Of a stretch of DNA of 64,000 nucleotides, positions 30,273 to 40,191 are shown piece by piece. How positions within the stretch are numbered: the stretch's first letter is position 1; every line of letters starts with the position of its first letter. The stretch comes from Methanocella sp. (lineage in GTDB: Archaea; Thermoproteota; Bathyarchaeia; Bathyarchaeales; Bathycorpusculaceae), in the NCBI GenBank assembly GCA_050261115.1, contig JBLNCY010000010.1, positions 32,001 to 96,000 on the forward strand. The letters run 5' to 3'. The notes beneath the pieces were generated by a model. It had not been told where the DNA came from, made no database searches, and was given only the letters and a program-made list of their open reading frames with translations. Made by a program: the position numbers and the translations under genes.

Positions 30273-30340
30273 TTTAAGATAGGGTTTAACCCGTGGTTGA
30301 CTCTATATGTAATGGAGGGGTGTCTATAGCATAGCATCAG
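30273..30340 (+). repeat. Dispersed intergenic repeat, copy 2
   Basis: TTTAAG..AGGGTTTAACC-CGT-GGTTGACTCTATATGTAATGGAGGGGTGTCT..AGCATAGCATCAG. Confidence 0.75.
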
Positions 30341-30451
30341 GTCTGCTCAATCACGCCATCAAATAGGCAAACAAACCCCCTACACATAACAACTAAAAAC
30401 GGGACAAGGCATCTCTTGCCATGACTTACACTGCAACCTCATCCGTTATTC

Positions 30452-30458
30452 TTATAAA
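30452..30458 (+). promoter_or_regulatory. TATA box upstream of tRNA-Ile
   Basis: TTATAAA about 40 nt upstream of the tRNA 5' end. Confidence 0.45.
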
Positions 30459-30497
30459 CCCTTCATAGTATTTAGTTCAGTCACGCACAAAAAATGG

Positions 30498-30575
30498 GGG
30501 CCGGTAGCTCAGCACGGCTGGAGCGTTCGACTGATAATCGAAAGGTCGGCAGTTCAAATCCGCCTCGGCCCACCA
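30498..30575 (+). tRNA. tRNA-Ile(GAU), intronless, CCA encoded
   Basis: Acceptor GGGCCGG/TCGGCCC, anticodon arm TTCGA-CTGATAA-TCGAA, T loop TTCAAAT, ACCA end. Confidence 0.96.
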
Positions 30576-30623
30576 TCCAACCACCCTGTGCACGCTGCTT
30601 TGCTGTCTTCTAAAATGCCTGTT

Positions 30624-31772
30624 TCAGTCAGTTTTTTCTTCGTCTTTTTTGCGCTTCTTTGGCGCTTTATACCTAATGCTAAACAGGACTTGCCCCTGCT
30701 CTTTACCGGGCTTAGGTTCATGCAGCTCCGCAGGTTCTGTGGGGGGATTTGGCGGCGTCTCTTCTAAGATCGTCTCGCGGTGACCCATCTCTTTAACTAT
30801 CTCCTTATCCGGTTGCCCCCTAGCCTCATCTAACCTAACCACATCCTCCTTAACTGTCCCTTCCAACCGTTCGCCTGCCCTCTGTAGCGGCGCGATAATC
30901 CGTTGTACCGTCTGTGGCAACTGCGGTCTAGAATGAGTGCAAACTGTCTAGGCGTAAACTCTGGAAACCTCAGCGCCATAGAGCACAATCTGATTTAGCA
31001 CAAAAATCCACAAAAGAATAATTAACAAAGCTCCCGCTGCGCCGCCGACCGTCGTCACTACGAACGTTTGGATGTAGAATCCAAAGATATAGTTTGTAAC
31101 GGTGAATGCGATGGCTGTAATGACCGCGGCTAAGGCTACGTCTTGCCAGTGGACTTTGGCTTCGGGGATTAACTTGTAAATTATCGCTAACAGCATCAGC
31201 GCCAAACCAAAAGACGCTATGATCTGCGCCGTCTCCAACGCTAAAAACGTTAGGAACTCGTTTACTGCAAAGCCGGCGATTGCGTTCAGTACGCTGCCTG
31301 TGGCGCTAGACCAAGCAATGACGATTAGCCCCGTGGCCGAAACCAAAAAGAAGGGCACGATCTTTTGGCGGGCCCTCTTCCATAAGGGTTGGCCCTTGGG
31401 TAGTTTAACTTCCCAGATGCAATCCATCGTGTCCCGCAACACCGCAAAGACCCCGATTGTTCCCCCGACTGAGAATCCAATGACAACAATCGCAGTCCAG
31501 AGATCCGTTAAGGGGGAGGAAGAGCTTGCCAGAATCTCCCCAAACAAATCCGCCACCGATGGCCCCGCAACAGCTGCTATATGCTGTACCAGTATTTGGA
31601 GTGCTTGGGCTTCGCCCAAAGAAGCGCTAAAAACTGCCAAGACAATAAGCAGCAGCGTTGGCAGAGGGATAATGATGAAGAAGGTTAAGGCGGCGGCTCG
31701 CAGGACGGCGTTGTCTTCTAGAAAGTCTTTGAATGCAGTTTTGAATATGCCGTATAGTTGGGTGCGGTTCAT
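30624..31772 (-). CDS. YihY/BrkB family membrane protein with in-frame TAG at 30950-30948 separating the TM core from a hydrophilic tail
   Basis: AAALTFF, IYKLIP, GGAAGALLIILLWIF, LYGAE; the same frame continues 107 sense codons past the TAG to TGA at 30626-30624. Confidence 0.8.
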
Positions 31773-31930
31773 AATCTAGCCCTGGCTTAGGGTTTGTATG
31801 GTTGGAGCACATTTTCTGACTCTCGATGCCTCCTACCTCCTAATATGGGTTTGTTGTCGCACCCCAACAGTTACAGCGGTTAGCGACAATAGTTTTTTAA
31901 ACCGATGGCGTCTGCTTTACTAGTTAGAAG

Positions 31931-32323
31931 TTGAATGTTTTGACTAAAGAAGATGAAATGTTAGCGGAACTTAAAAAAATTCGTGAAGCAGTCGAAAAGG
32001 CACCCCCACCGGCGCCGCCAAAGGGCTTCTGGAACGAATTCAAGGACTTCCTAAGTAAATACAAGGTTCTGGGTCTAGCTATCGGTTTCGTGTTAGGTTT
32101 GTACTTGGGTACTTTGGTTCAGTCGGTTGTCACTGGCTTAATCATGCCAGTAATCGGCTTGGCTCTTGGTCCCGGTTTAGGTAACTTGGCGGATGCTACA
32201 TTCGAATTAGGCGGGCAGTCTTTCCTGTGGGGCAGCGTAATAGCCGCATTGATTACGTTTGTGATAGTGGCGTTAATTGCGTTCGTGGTCGTTAAAGTAG
32301 CAAATCGCTGGAAAATTGAGTAG
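31931..32323 (+). CDS. mscL: Large-conductance mechanosensitive channel
   Basis: FWNEFKDFL, VLGLAIGFVLG, LIMPVIG, GSVIAALITFVI. Confidence 0.88.
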   Translation: MNVLTKEDEMLAELKKIREAVEKAPPPAPPKGFWNEFKDFLSKYKVLGLAIGFVLGLYLGTLVQSVVTGLIMPVIGLALGPGLGNLADATFELGGQSFLWGSVIAALITFVIVALIAFVVVKVANRWKIE

Positions 32324-32543
32324 TTAAAACCCGATTTCTTCACGGATTGGGGCTACGGGTGCCGGTAGCATGATTGCTGCTGCATCTGTAGTCTTTACTG
32401 CCTTTTTTTGATTCTGGGCGGCATATTCTTTTAAGCCAAGTGCGATTAGGTGTTCGATGAAGGTGCTTCTTTTTTCTCTTCCGCGCATGTTTCGAGTTCT
32501 CGGAAAAGTTTTTGGTAACGGTTATGCTTATGTTATGCTTCAA
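32324..32543 (-). pseudogene. Frameshifted ribbon-helix-helix (CopG-like) gene
   Basis: MKHNISITV / QKLFRELE / MRGREKRSTFIEHLIALGLKEY... join into an RHH protein if two single bases are restored near 32516 and 32490. Confidence 0.55.
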
Positions 32544-32620
32544 CCTGAACCAAAAATTATACATAATATACTTGGTATACAAAAAAAGCGTTACTACACA
32601 AAATATCCTGCGGGAAACCT

Positions 32621-33058
32621 ATGAAACCCCTCCGCGTATCCGACGATGCCCACCAAAAACTCACCGCTATGCTAGGTGAAATAACCGCCCAAACCATGAG
32701 AATCCAAACCTACACCGACGCCATCGAAAACCTCCTCTCCACAAGTGTTAACCTCCCCCCCGAACTCCTCAACGAAACCCAAACCTTTATCGAAAACAAC
32801 CGCAATCTCGGCTACACCAGTCGCGAAGAATTCATCCGAGACGCCATCCGCACGCAACTCAAATACAAAAAATACCAATACACCTGCCTCGAAATCCCCA
32901 CCGAAGACTACGAACGAATGCAGCAAGCACTCCAAGACTTAGGCTCCGACTACTTGAGCGTAGAGGACTTTATCAACCACCAAATACGCACCCTACTCAC
33001 AAGATACCAAGAAATGCTCAAAGAGAACGAAACATACGAACGTAAAAAATCCCGATAA
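32621..33058 (+). CDS. Multi-ribbon-helix-helix DNA-binding protein
   Basis: SVNLPPELL...GYTSREEFIRDAIR and LEIPTEDY...YLSVEDFINHQIR RHH-like repeats. Confidence 0.75.
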   Translation: MKPLRVSDDAHQKLTAMLGEITAQTMRIQTYTDAIENLLSTSVNLPPELLNETQTFIENNRNLGYTSREEFIRDAIRTQLKYKKYQYTCLEIPTEDYERMQQALQDLGSDYLSVEDFINHQIRTLLTRYQEMLKENETYERKKSR

Positions 33059-33075
33059 CCGTCCTGCTGATTAGT

Positions 33076-33149
33076 GGGCGCTGTTGTTTTGCCGGGAGAC
33101 CCGTCGTTTATATATAGAGTCAACCATGGGTTCAAACCATCCTTGAAAT
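33076..33149 (-). repeat. Dispersed intergenic repeat, copy 3
   Basis: Minus strand ATTTCAAGGATGGTTTGAACC-CAT-GGTTGACTCTATATATAAACGACGGGTCTCCCGGCAAAACAACAGCGCCC. Confidence 0.75.
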
Positions 33150-33411
33150 CAGCCATGCTGGCTATATCGCTTGGGTGTGCTTCTATCTTGTATGTCTAAA
33201 TGCAGGTTGTGCTGTTCGTTTTTTGGTGGTGTGGTTTTTGCTGTTTTGGTAACTGGGGGTTTGTTCTGTTCTTAGTCAAGGTTGATTTACTGGTTATAAT
33301 TAAATGCAATATTGCTATTCAATACATGGAACGTGCGGTTTCTTTAGCTAAGATTTTATATACAGACTAGCGCTTACTCCCAAATGCCACATTATCCATG
33401 GGCTGATTCGA

Positions 33412-36087
33412 ATGAATAACAAAAAACCCATTGTATTTACCCTCATCTGCCTGTTAACCTTCACAGGTACCCTAAGTCTGCTCAACCCCACTCAAGCAGA
33501 AACCTGGACAGATATACCACTTCCATACACCATTACCCAGAGCGGCAACTACCGCATCTCTGGCGCCTTCAACGTAACCGGAACAGCATTATCCATAAAC
33601 GCAAGTAACGTAGTCGTCGACGGCCAGAACCACTTAATTTCTCTCAATCAAAGTGAAGGCGACACCGCAATCGCCATAGCGAAAAACAGCAAAAACGTGC
33701 TGCTGAAAAACATTAACGCAACAGGCGCAGACTACGGCGTCTACTCCAGAGAAGGCAACTTTACCCTTACCGATTCACTTTTCACCAATAACACCTCAAC
33801 CGGCGTCTTCGCCTTTAACGCGACAGGTTTCACAGTTCAAAACTCAAGAACAAGCGAGAGCGCCTACGGCATAGTCGCCATCGACTGCAGCAATTTCCTC
33901 ATAAACGACTGTCACATAAAAAATAACCTAAAAGGCATAGTCGCTGTTCTAAGTAGCGGTTTAAGTATTCAAGGAACCCACTTTAACGGCAACGGTGAAG
34001 CTGTATCGGTTCAGAATTGCACAAACGTAAAAATCGACAGCTCTATGCTAGTTGAAAATGAAGCTGCAATAAACGCCACCTATACCACACTTAGCGCTTT
34101 TAACGTAAACGCTTCAAATAACATTGTCTTCGCATTTTACCTCTCAAACAGTACCTTCAACGCAGCTAATTGTACATGTACTAACAATGCAGCAGGCTTG
34201 TATGCTATGTTCAGCAACTACACCATAACTAACTCGTCATTTTCAAATAACCTTTTAGCAGGAGCATACTCTGGCTACAGCAACGGAACACTACTTCATT
34301 GCGCAGTAGAGAACAATACGTACGGCGAATTTTCGGTCATGAATAATGCCACAATTATAGATGACTGCAGTGTTAAAAACAACGAATATGGTCTAGTAAT
34401 TCTCGCCAGCCAAACTATGATAGTTAAAGACTCTTTGTTCTTCAACAACACCCTCGCTGGATTATGGGATCAACAGAGCAGCAGCTCCATACTATCCCGC
34501 AATAACTTTACTCAAAACGGCTTCTCCAACGAAAGCCAGGAATACGGCGGAGGTGCATTATTTCAGGTAGAAAGCAACAGTACAGTCACAGATAATACAT
34601 TCAAGAACAACTATGAGGCCCTACTCATAGGCGGATTCGAAGATGAAACAATAAACACAATAGTTTACAATTACAACAAGTTTGAGAACAACAGCTACAC
34701 CTTCGACTTCAACTATAATCTCCCAAGCAACAGTTCAAACCTCGAGATCCACTTCTACAACAACTACGTCAACGACACAGCCTACATTAGCCCACTAAGC
34801 TTCATAAACGAAGGAATGACTGTACCATCTGCGAACGTTCTTTTCCTCAACACTACACTCCAAGCTGGCAAAAGAGTCACGCTTGACGGCGCACGCATGA
34901 TCGGCGGCAACTACTGGGCACACCCAAACGGCACAGGCTTTAGCCAAACCGCAGCTGACACCAATACCGACGGCTTTGCTGATGATGCCTTTGACCTCTT
35001 TGGCGACGGCACAGTCTATGATTACCTACCCTACACCTCAAGCTACGTCGAAAAAGTAGCAGCTTTAGAAATTACACCCCAGACCCCCATAGTAAAGGCG
35101 GGTGAACCAGTGACCTTTGGTGCCACTGCATATGACGAGTACGGTAACGCATGGAACGCCACCGCCTCATACACCATCGAAGGCAATGAATTCAACGGCA
35201 CCATAACCGCCTACAGCGTAGGCGCATACTATGTGGAAGCAACCTACGGCGGTAAAAGCGCAAACACCACCCTGACCATAGTTCCCAACGAGGTAGACCG
35301 CTATGTCATCTTAACGCCAAATAGCGCCAAAGCCAACATGTCCTTCACCATCAGAATCCTAGCAGTAGACGCCTACAACAACATAGTGACCGACTATTCT
35401 GGTAAGGTAACCTTGAGCCTAAACGCCACCAACATCAGCCCCCGAGAAACTGGCGACTTCACCTACGGCTCTTGGATGGGAACCGTAACCATAACCGACA
35501 CAGGAACCTTCACAATAACCGCCAAAGACAGCAACGGAAAAACAGGCACTAGCAACGCTCTCACCATTGAGCAAGAAACCGCCATACCCACTACTCCACC
35601 GCCCCCTCCCTCAACTGATAGCGTTCAGGCAACCAAAGAAGACGGCACAAAAGTAACCTTATCCCTCGATGGTAACATAACAAGCTCACAGATAACCAAC
35701 ATGACAATCACAACCAACCAAACTGATCGCACAACAATGATATCTTTCACCATTACGGGTCCTGCGGGTGGCAATGGTTTCTGTAATATCACAATCGCTA
35801 AAAGCTCAATAGCCTTTGGCTCAATTCCCATAGTGCTAATTGATGGGCAGACAGTAGCAAACCAAGGCTTCACTGAAGACAATCAAAATTTCTATGTATG
35901 GTTCACTACAAGCTTTAGTACTCATCGAGTAGAAATCCAATTTAACGAGAGGACACAACCGACTAGTCCTCCAACTGAAAATGACTCAAATTGGTGGGTT
36001 ACTCCTGTTGCCCTCATAGTGGGTTTAGCAATTGTTTCGGTTGCGCTGGTGTTCGTCTTTAGCAGAAGAACAAGGCTGCACCGTTAA
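33412..36087 (+). CDS. Cell-surface protein: signal peptide, right-handed beta-helix (NosD-like) repeats, Ig-like domains, C-terminal TM anchor
   Basis: Asn-rich NN..G repeats, GGNYW..P.G.GFS, Pro/Thr linker, TM followed by RRTRLHR. Confidence 0.85.
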   Translation: MNNKKPIVFTLICLLTFTGTLSLLNPTQAETWTDIPLPYTITQSGNYRISGAFNVTGTALSINASNVVVDGQNHLISLNQSEGDTAIAIAKNSKNVLLKNINATGADYGVYSREGNFTLTDSLFTNNTSTGVFAFNATGFTVQNSRTSESAYGIVAIDCSNFLINDCHIKNNLKGIVAVLSSGLSIQGTHFNGNGEAVSVQNCTNVKIDSSMLVENEAAINATYTTLSAFNVNASNNIVFAFYLSNSTFNAANCTCTNNAAGLYAMFSNYTITNSSFSNNLLAGAYSGYSNGTLLHCAVENNTYGEFSVMNNATIIDDCSVKNNEYGLVILASQTMIVKDSLFFNNTLAGLWDQQSSSSILSRNNFTQNGFSNESQEYGGGALFQVESNSTVTDNTFKNNYEALLIGGFEDETINTIVYNYNKFENNSYTFDFNYNLPSNSSNLEIHFYNNYVNDTAYISPLSFINEGMTVPSANVLFLNTTLQAGKRVTLDGARMIGGNYWAHPNGTGFSQTAADTNTDGFADDAFDLFGDGTVYDYLPYTSSYVEKVAALEITPQTPIVKAGEPVTFGATAYDEYGNAWNATASYTIEGNEFNGTITAYSVGAYYVEATYGGKSANTTLTIVPNEVDRYVILTPNSAKANMSFTIRILAVDAYNNIVTDYSGKVTLSLNATNISPRETGDFTYGSWMGTVTITDTGTFTITAKDSNGKTGTSNALTIEQETAIPTTPPPPPSTDSVQATKEDGTKVTLSLDGNITSSQITNMTITTNQTDRTTMISFTITGPAGGNGFCNITIAKSSIAFGSIPIVLIDGQTVANQGFTEDNQNFYVWFTTSFSTHRVEIQFNERTQPTSPPTENDSNWWVTPVALIVGLAIVSVALVFVFSRRTRLHR

Positions 36088-36112
36088 CCCCTTTTTCTTC
36101 TCCTCTTTTTTT
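36088..36112 (+). terminator. Pyrimidine/oligo-T terminator
   Basis: CCCCTTTTTCTTCTCCTCTTTTTTT after the stop. Confidence 0.6.
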
Positions 36113-36234
36113 AGAAATTTTTATGCTTGATTGGTTGAGGTTTTGGCGCTTAAGTATTTTAGAGGTGCCGCGAACGGTACGGTTTATATCAAACATACAA
36201 CTAAAAATAAACTGGATTTATAGAGGAATTATCT

Positions 36235-36558
36235 ATGAGCACTGAACCATTCCACTTAACCGACTCCAATTTTGAAGAAACCCTAAAAACAAACAAGATC
36301 GTGCTGGTGGATTTCTGGGCAAATTGGTGTGGCCCCTGCCGAGCACTGGCGCCAACTATCGCGGATTTAGCAAAAGAATACAGCGGAAAAGTACTAATCA
36401 GCAAACTCGACGTGGATGAAAACCCCCAGACCGCCGAGAAATTCCAGGTATTCAGTATCCCCACAATGATTCTCTTCAAAGATGGCCAAGAAGTCGAGCG
36501 CCTAGTTGGCTTATGCCCAAGAAACAGAATCACTGACACAATAGCAAAGCACCAGTAA
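36235..36558 (+). CDS. trxA: Thioredoxin
   Basis: VDFWANWCGPC, SIPT, FKDG. Confidence 0.96.
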   Translation: MSTEPFHLTDSNFEETLKTNKIVLVDFWANWCGPCRALAPTIADLAKEYSGKVLISKLDVDENPQTAEKFQVFSIPTMILFKDGQEVERLVGLCPRNRITDTIAKHQ

Positions 36559-36575
36559 GAACGCCCTAAGCGTTT

Positions 36576-37196
36576 CTACTTCATCTTTTCATACATTTTC
36601 TCAAGAGTCCAGCGTACGCTCGACTTAAGTTCCTTTAAGCGTTCCTCATCCACGTTTTTGATAATTATTTCACGGATTAAGTCGCCCTCGCGGACAATGT
36701 TGTAGCTAAACATCTTATCAGGCGAAAGCTGCCCCAACCGAACGAGTTCCTTGTCCTTTTCCTGCATCTTGGCAAAAACTTTCTCAACTAAAAAGTTGCC
36801 AAAGGGCGGAGTATTGACGCTGAACTTCTTGCTCTCATCAGGCATAATATGAATTTGCTGCTTCTCAAAATACATCAACGCGAGGGGTTCTTCAGCCATC
36901 GTTTTGAGTGGTATAACGGTTTCTTGCTCAACAGGCAAGGCCGCGGCAGTGGGCACTTCGGGTTTCGCTGGTTCTGCTGCTGGTTGGGGTAAGATAACCT
37001 CCTTCATAGCGGGAGGCGCCTGAGTTGAGGCGTCTTTTACATCTCCGCGCTTGAAGCCCACCTGCAGTAGTACATTGTTAATGATGTCTAGGGTTGCTTG
37101 GGTTTCTTTAACTTCAGCGTTTAATTTTTCTAGCTGGTCCTCTAGCCGCTTCTTGAAAGCGAGTACTGCCTTCATTTTCTCTGGGTCTTGGGCCAA
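36576..37196 (-). CDS. Conserved hypothetical protein with N-terminal coiled coil
   Basis: 206-aa ORF, AGGTG SD; TPPF..FLVEKV, SVRWTLEKM. Confidence 0.75.
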   Translation of the reverse strand: MAQDPEKMKAVLAFKKRLEDQLEKLNAEVKETQATLDIINNVLLQVGFKRGDVKDASTQAPPAMKEVILPQPAAEPAKPEVPTAAALPVEQETVIPLKTMAEEPLALMYFEKQQIHIMPDESKKFSVNTPPFGNFLVEKVFAKMQEKDKELVRLGQLSPDKMFSYNIVREGDLIREIIIKNVDEERLKELKSSVRWTLEKMYEKMK

Positions 37197-37347
37197 ACCT
37201 GCTGCACCTTTACGCTATTTACGCAATTACTTGTTTATCAGTTTAACCCTTATCGGCATCTAAGAAATAAAATAGCGTCCCCTTTTGCCAAGCGCGTAAA
37301 AACAATTTAAATAAGGACGCTGCTAAACGATTGTTGGAGACTAAACT

Positions 37348-39042
37348 TTGCCAGAGAAAGTTCTCGTAACATCCGCTTGGCCATACATTAACGCCACACC
37401 ACACTTAGGCAATCTCGTCGGCTCAGTCCTCTCAGCAGACGTAACCGCCCGCTACTATAGACTCAAAGGCGCCCAAACCCTAATGGTCAGCGGTTCAGAC
37501 ACACATGGCACCCCCATGGAAGTCGCCGCCCTAAAAGAAGGGATAACACCGAAGGCGCTTACGGAGCGCAACCACAAAAAAGTCGCCGATCTCTTCCAAA
37601 GATGGGATGCCTCATTTGATAATTACACAAGCACCGAGAGCCCAGTTCACAAGGAATTTGTCCAAAAAACCCTACTTGAAATCCAGCAGAATGGCTACAT
37701 ATTTGAGCAGGACACCCAGATGCTCTACTGCGCGCACGATCAACGCTTCTTACCTGACCGGTTTGTGGAGGGTACCTGCCCATGCTGTGGCGCCGAGAAT
37801 GCACGCGGCGACCAATGCGATGTGTGCGGCAAACTTCTTGAGCCCGCATTGCTTGTTGAGCCCTACTGTATCCTTTGCAAAAACAAACCGATCGTGAAAA
37901 CCACAAGGCACTGGTACATCGATTTAACGAAACTTGAAAAACCCCTCATAGAATACATCGAGGGTAACAAGCAGCTACCCGCGAATAGCAAGGGCTTTAG
38001 TCTCAACTGGATTAAGGAGGGCCTCAAACCCCGTGCAGTTACCCGCGATGTCGAATGGGGTATACCTGCCCCGTTTAAGGGAGCGGAGGGCAAAACCATC
38101 TATGTCTGGGTGGAAGCTGTGCTGGGCTATGTCTCCGCAACCATCGAGTACAGCCAGAGGGCTGGTAAACCTGACCTTTGGAAAGAATACTGGCTTAACA
38201 AAGACGCCAAGACTCTCTACTTCGTGGGGAAAGACAACATCCCCTTCCACACCATCATCCTCCCAGCGCTCCTTTTAGCTTCAGGGCAAGGGTATAATCT
38301 GCCCTACAACGTATCCGCAACTGAGTTCCTACAGTTCAAGGGGCAAAAAGCGTCCAAAAGCAAAAAAGTGGGCATCTGGATCGATGAAGCACTCGAAATG
38401 TTCCCCGTCGACTACTGGCGTTTCTTCCTCATCGCTACCCGTCCCGAGAGCAAAGACACCAACTTTACCTGGAGCGGGTTTGCAGACAAAATCAACGCTG
38501 ATCTAAACGACACGTTTGGGAACTTTATCCACCGCACCCTCTCCTTTATCAACAGCAAATTCGAAGCAATCATCCCCCCACCAACAAAACTTGACCAAGA
38601 CGACCAAGCCGTGCTGGATGCAGTTAAGGAAAAAGTGGCGCAGGCCGCCAGGGAAATTGAGGATGGCTGGCTACAATCCGCCGCCAACAGCCTAATCGCC
38701 CTAAGCCGGATCGGCAACCAATACCTAAACACTAAGGAACCCTGGAACCTCATTAAAACCGACAGGGAAAAAGCCGGCACCGTCTTTTATGTCTCAACCC
38801 AAGTCGTCAAAGCCATAACCGTAGCCTCAGAGCCATTTATGCCCCAGACCGCACAGCAACTCTGGCAAATCCTCAACCTACCCGGAACCGTACATCAATG
38901 CAACTGGGCAGAAGCGACTGTCCCCCTGGAGGCGGGACATAAAATCCAAAAGCCACAACCGCTCTTTCACAAAGTCGACACCAACGAAGACACCTTCGAC
39001 GAGCAACTTGCAGCCATACGCGCCAAAGCAGGAGCAAAATAG
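37348..39042 (+). CDS. metG: Methionine--tRNA ligase (no C-terminal tRNA-binding OB domain)
   Basis: SAWPYIN..PHLGN, Zn knuckles, RDVEWG, GKDNIPFH, KASKS. Confidence 0.97.
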   Translation: MPEKVLVTSAWPYINATPHLGNLVGSVLSADVTARYYRLKGAQTLMVSGSDTHGTPMEVAALKEGITPKALTERNHKKVADLFQRWDASFDNYTSTESPVHKEFVQKTLLEIQQNGYIFEQDTQMLYCAHDQRFLPDRFVEGTCPCCGAENARGDQCDVCGKLLEPALLVEPYCILCKNKPIVKTTRHWYIDLTKLEKPLIEYIEGNKQLPANSKGFSLNWIKEGLKPRAVTRDVEWGIPAPFKGAEGKTIYVWVEAVLGYVSATIEYSQRAGKPDLWKEYWLNKDAKTLYFVGKDNIPFHTIILPALLLASGQGYNLPYNVSATEFLQFKGQKASKSKKVGIWIDEALEMFPVDYWRFFLIATRPESKDTNFTWSGFADKINADLNDTFGNFIHRTLSFINSKFEAIIPPPTKLDQDDQAVLDAVKEKVAQAAREIEDGWLQSAANSLIALSRIGNQYLNTKEPWNLIKTDREKAGTVFYVSTQVVKAITVASEPFMPQTAQQLWQILNLPGTVHQCNWAEATVPLEAGHKIQKPQPLFHKVDTNEDTFDEQLAAIRAKAGAK

Positions 39043-39045
39043 CCG

Positions 39046-39750
39046 TTGCTAATCCGCGCCGACCTCCATGTACACACAATCTACTCAAGCGACTCACTAA
39101 TAACCCCCCAAGACCTCGTCTACTACTCCAAAAAGCGCGGATTAAATGCCTGTGCAGTCACCGACCACAACTACCTAGACAGCGCCTACAAAATCGCCCG
39201 GGAAACCGATTTCCTAATCATCCCCGGTATGGAGGTGTCTAGCGCCGACGGGCACATAGTGGCCCTAAACGTTCATGAGCTTATCCCTCAAGGCTTAAGC
39301 GCAGTCGAGACAGTCAAGCGGATTCACGCCGTGGGGGGAGTGGCAATCGCATGTCACCCCTATGTTTTCTTCAAGGGCTGCTTACGCGATAATGTGTGTG
39401 AAGCGTTTGATGCTATTGAGGTTATTAATGCGCGGGCGTTTCCCTTCAAGAGCAGCGTTAAGAAAGCAGAGGCCGCCGCGGAGTGCTATAAGCTGTCTCG
39501 TGTTGCTGGAACTGACTCGCATTATGGGCCCCAGATCGGTTATGCCTACACAGAGATTGAAGTTTCTGAGCCAACTGTGGAGGCTATAGCTAAAGCCATT
39601 GTTGACGGACATTGCACTCCTCATGGGCAGCCTGTTCCGATAGCAACAAACCTCAATTTAACGGTGCAGCGGCTCAAGCGTTTAGTGAAAAAGTTTGCGT
39701 TTGCAAACCGGGATTCGCGCTTTCCGAACTGCATTCGACAAAATTGTTAG
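39046..39750 (+). CDS. PHP-domain metal-dependent phosphoesterase
   Basis: DLHVHT, VTDHN, PGMEVS, CHPY, GTDSH. Confidence 0.9.
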   Translation: MLIRADLHVHTIYSSDSLITPQDLVYYSKKRGLNACAVTDHNYLDSAYKIARETDFLIIPGMEVSSADGHIVALNVHELIPQGLSAVETVKRIHAVGGVAIACHPYVFFKGCLRDNVCEAFDAIEVINARAFPFKSSVKKAEAAAECYKLSRVAGTDSHYGPQIGYAYTEIEVSEPTVEAIAKAIVDGHCTPHGQPVPIATNLNLTVQRLKRLVKKFAFANRDSRFPNCIRQNC

Positions 39751-39859
39751 GTGCACTCTGCAGGTTTGTGAAGGCTCAAGGGCTAAACAAGCGAATTCTA
39801 CTTTCTAAAAAGCATTACTACCAAAAGTGGGCAAGTGAGTTTTACAGTGATGAAATAGA

Positions 39860-40082
39860 TTGAGTCAAGAAAAAAAAAGATCACAACAAAGCCCAATTCA
39901 AAAAAAGATGCCGATCTTTACCTGCTCATGCGGAAAACAAATCCTAATCGTTCCAGACCTTAAAATAATGAACAAAGCTACGAGACGCATGTGACGAGCA
40001 TAGGCGGCTAACAGCGCAGCGCATCACCGAAGACAAGATAGTCGATAGAATTATGGCTGTTTTGAGCCAAAATTTTTTCTAG
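39860..40082 (+). pseudogene. Frameshifted small CxC...H...H zinc-binding protein
   Basis: MPIFTCSCGKQILIVPDLKIMNKA / ETHV / DEHRRLTAQRITEDKIVDRIMAVLSQNFF* over three frames. Confidence 0.5.
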
Positions 40083-40191
40083 CCTATGGGGAACCTTTCC
40101 CGATTGCACCTCAAGTAACCGGCACAACCGCTAATGCCACAAGAACCGTCAAGGCAATAACGAGAACAGCCCGACTCTCAATAAATTCTGG
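40080..40191 (-). pseudogene. Orphan PEF-type C-terminal membrane anchor fragment abutting tRNA-Leu 3' end
   Basis: CCA GAA TTT... = PEFIESRAVLVIALTVLVALAVV, then shifted GYLRCNRER; no upstream gene body. Confidence 0.4.

Noticed and set aside
30498-33150. Integrated element at tRNA-Ile
   Set aside because: No duplicated tRNA 3' end (attR) and no integrase found
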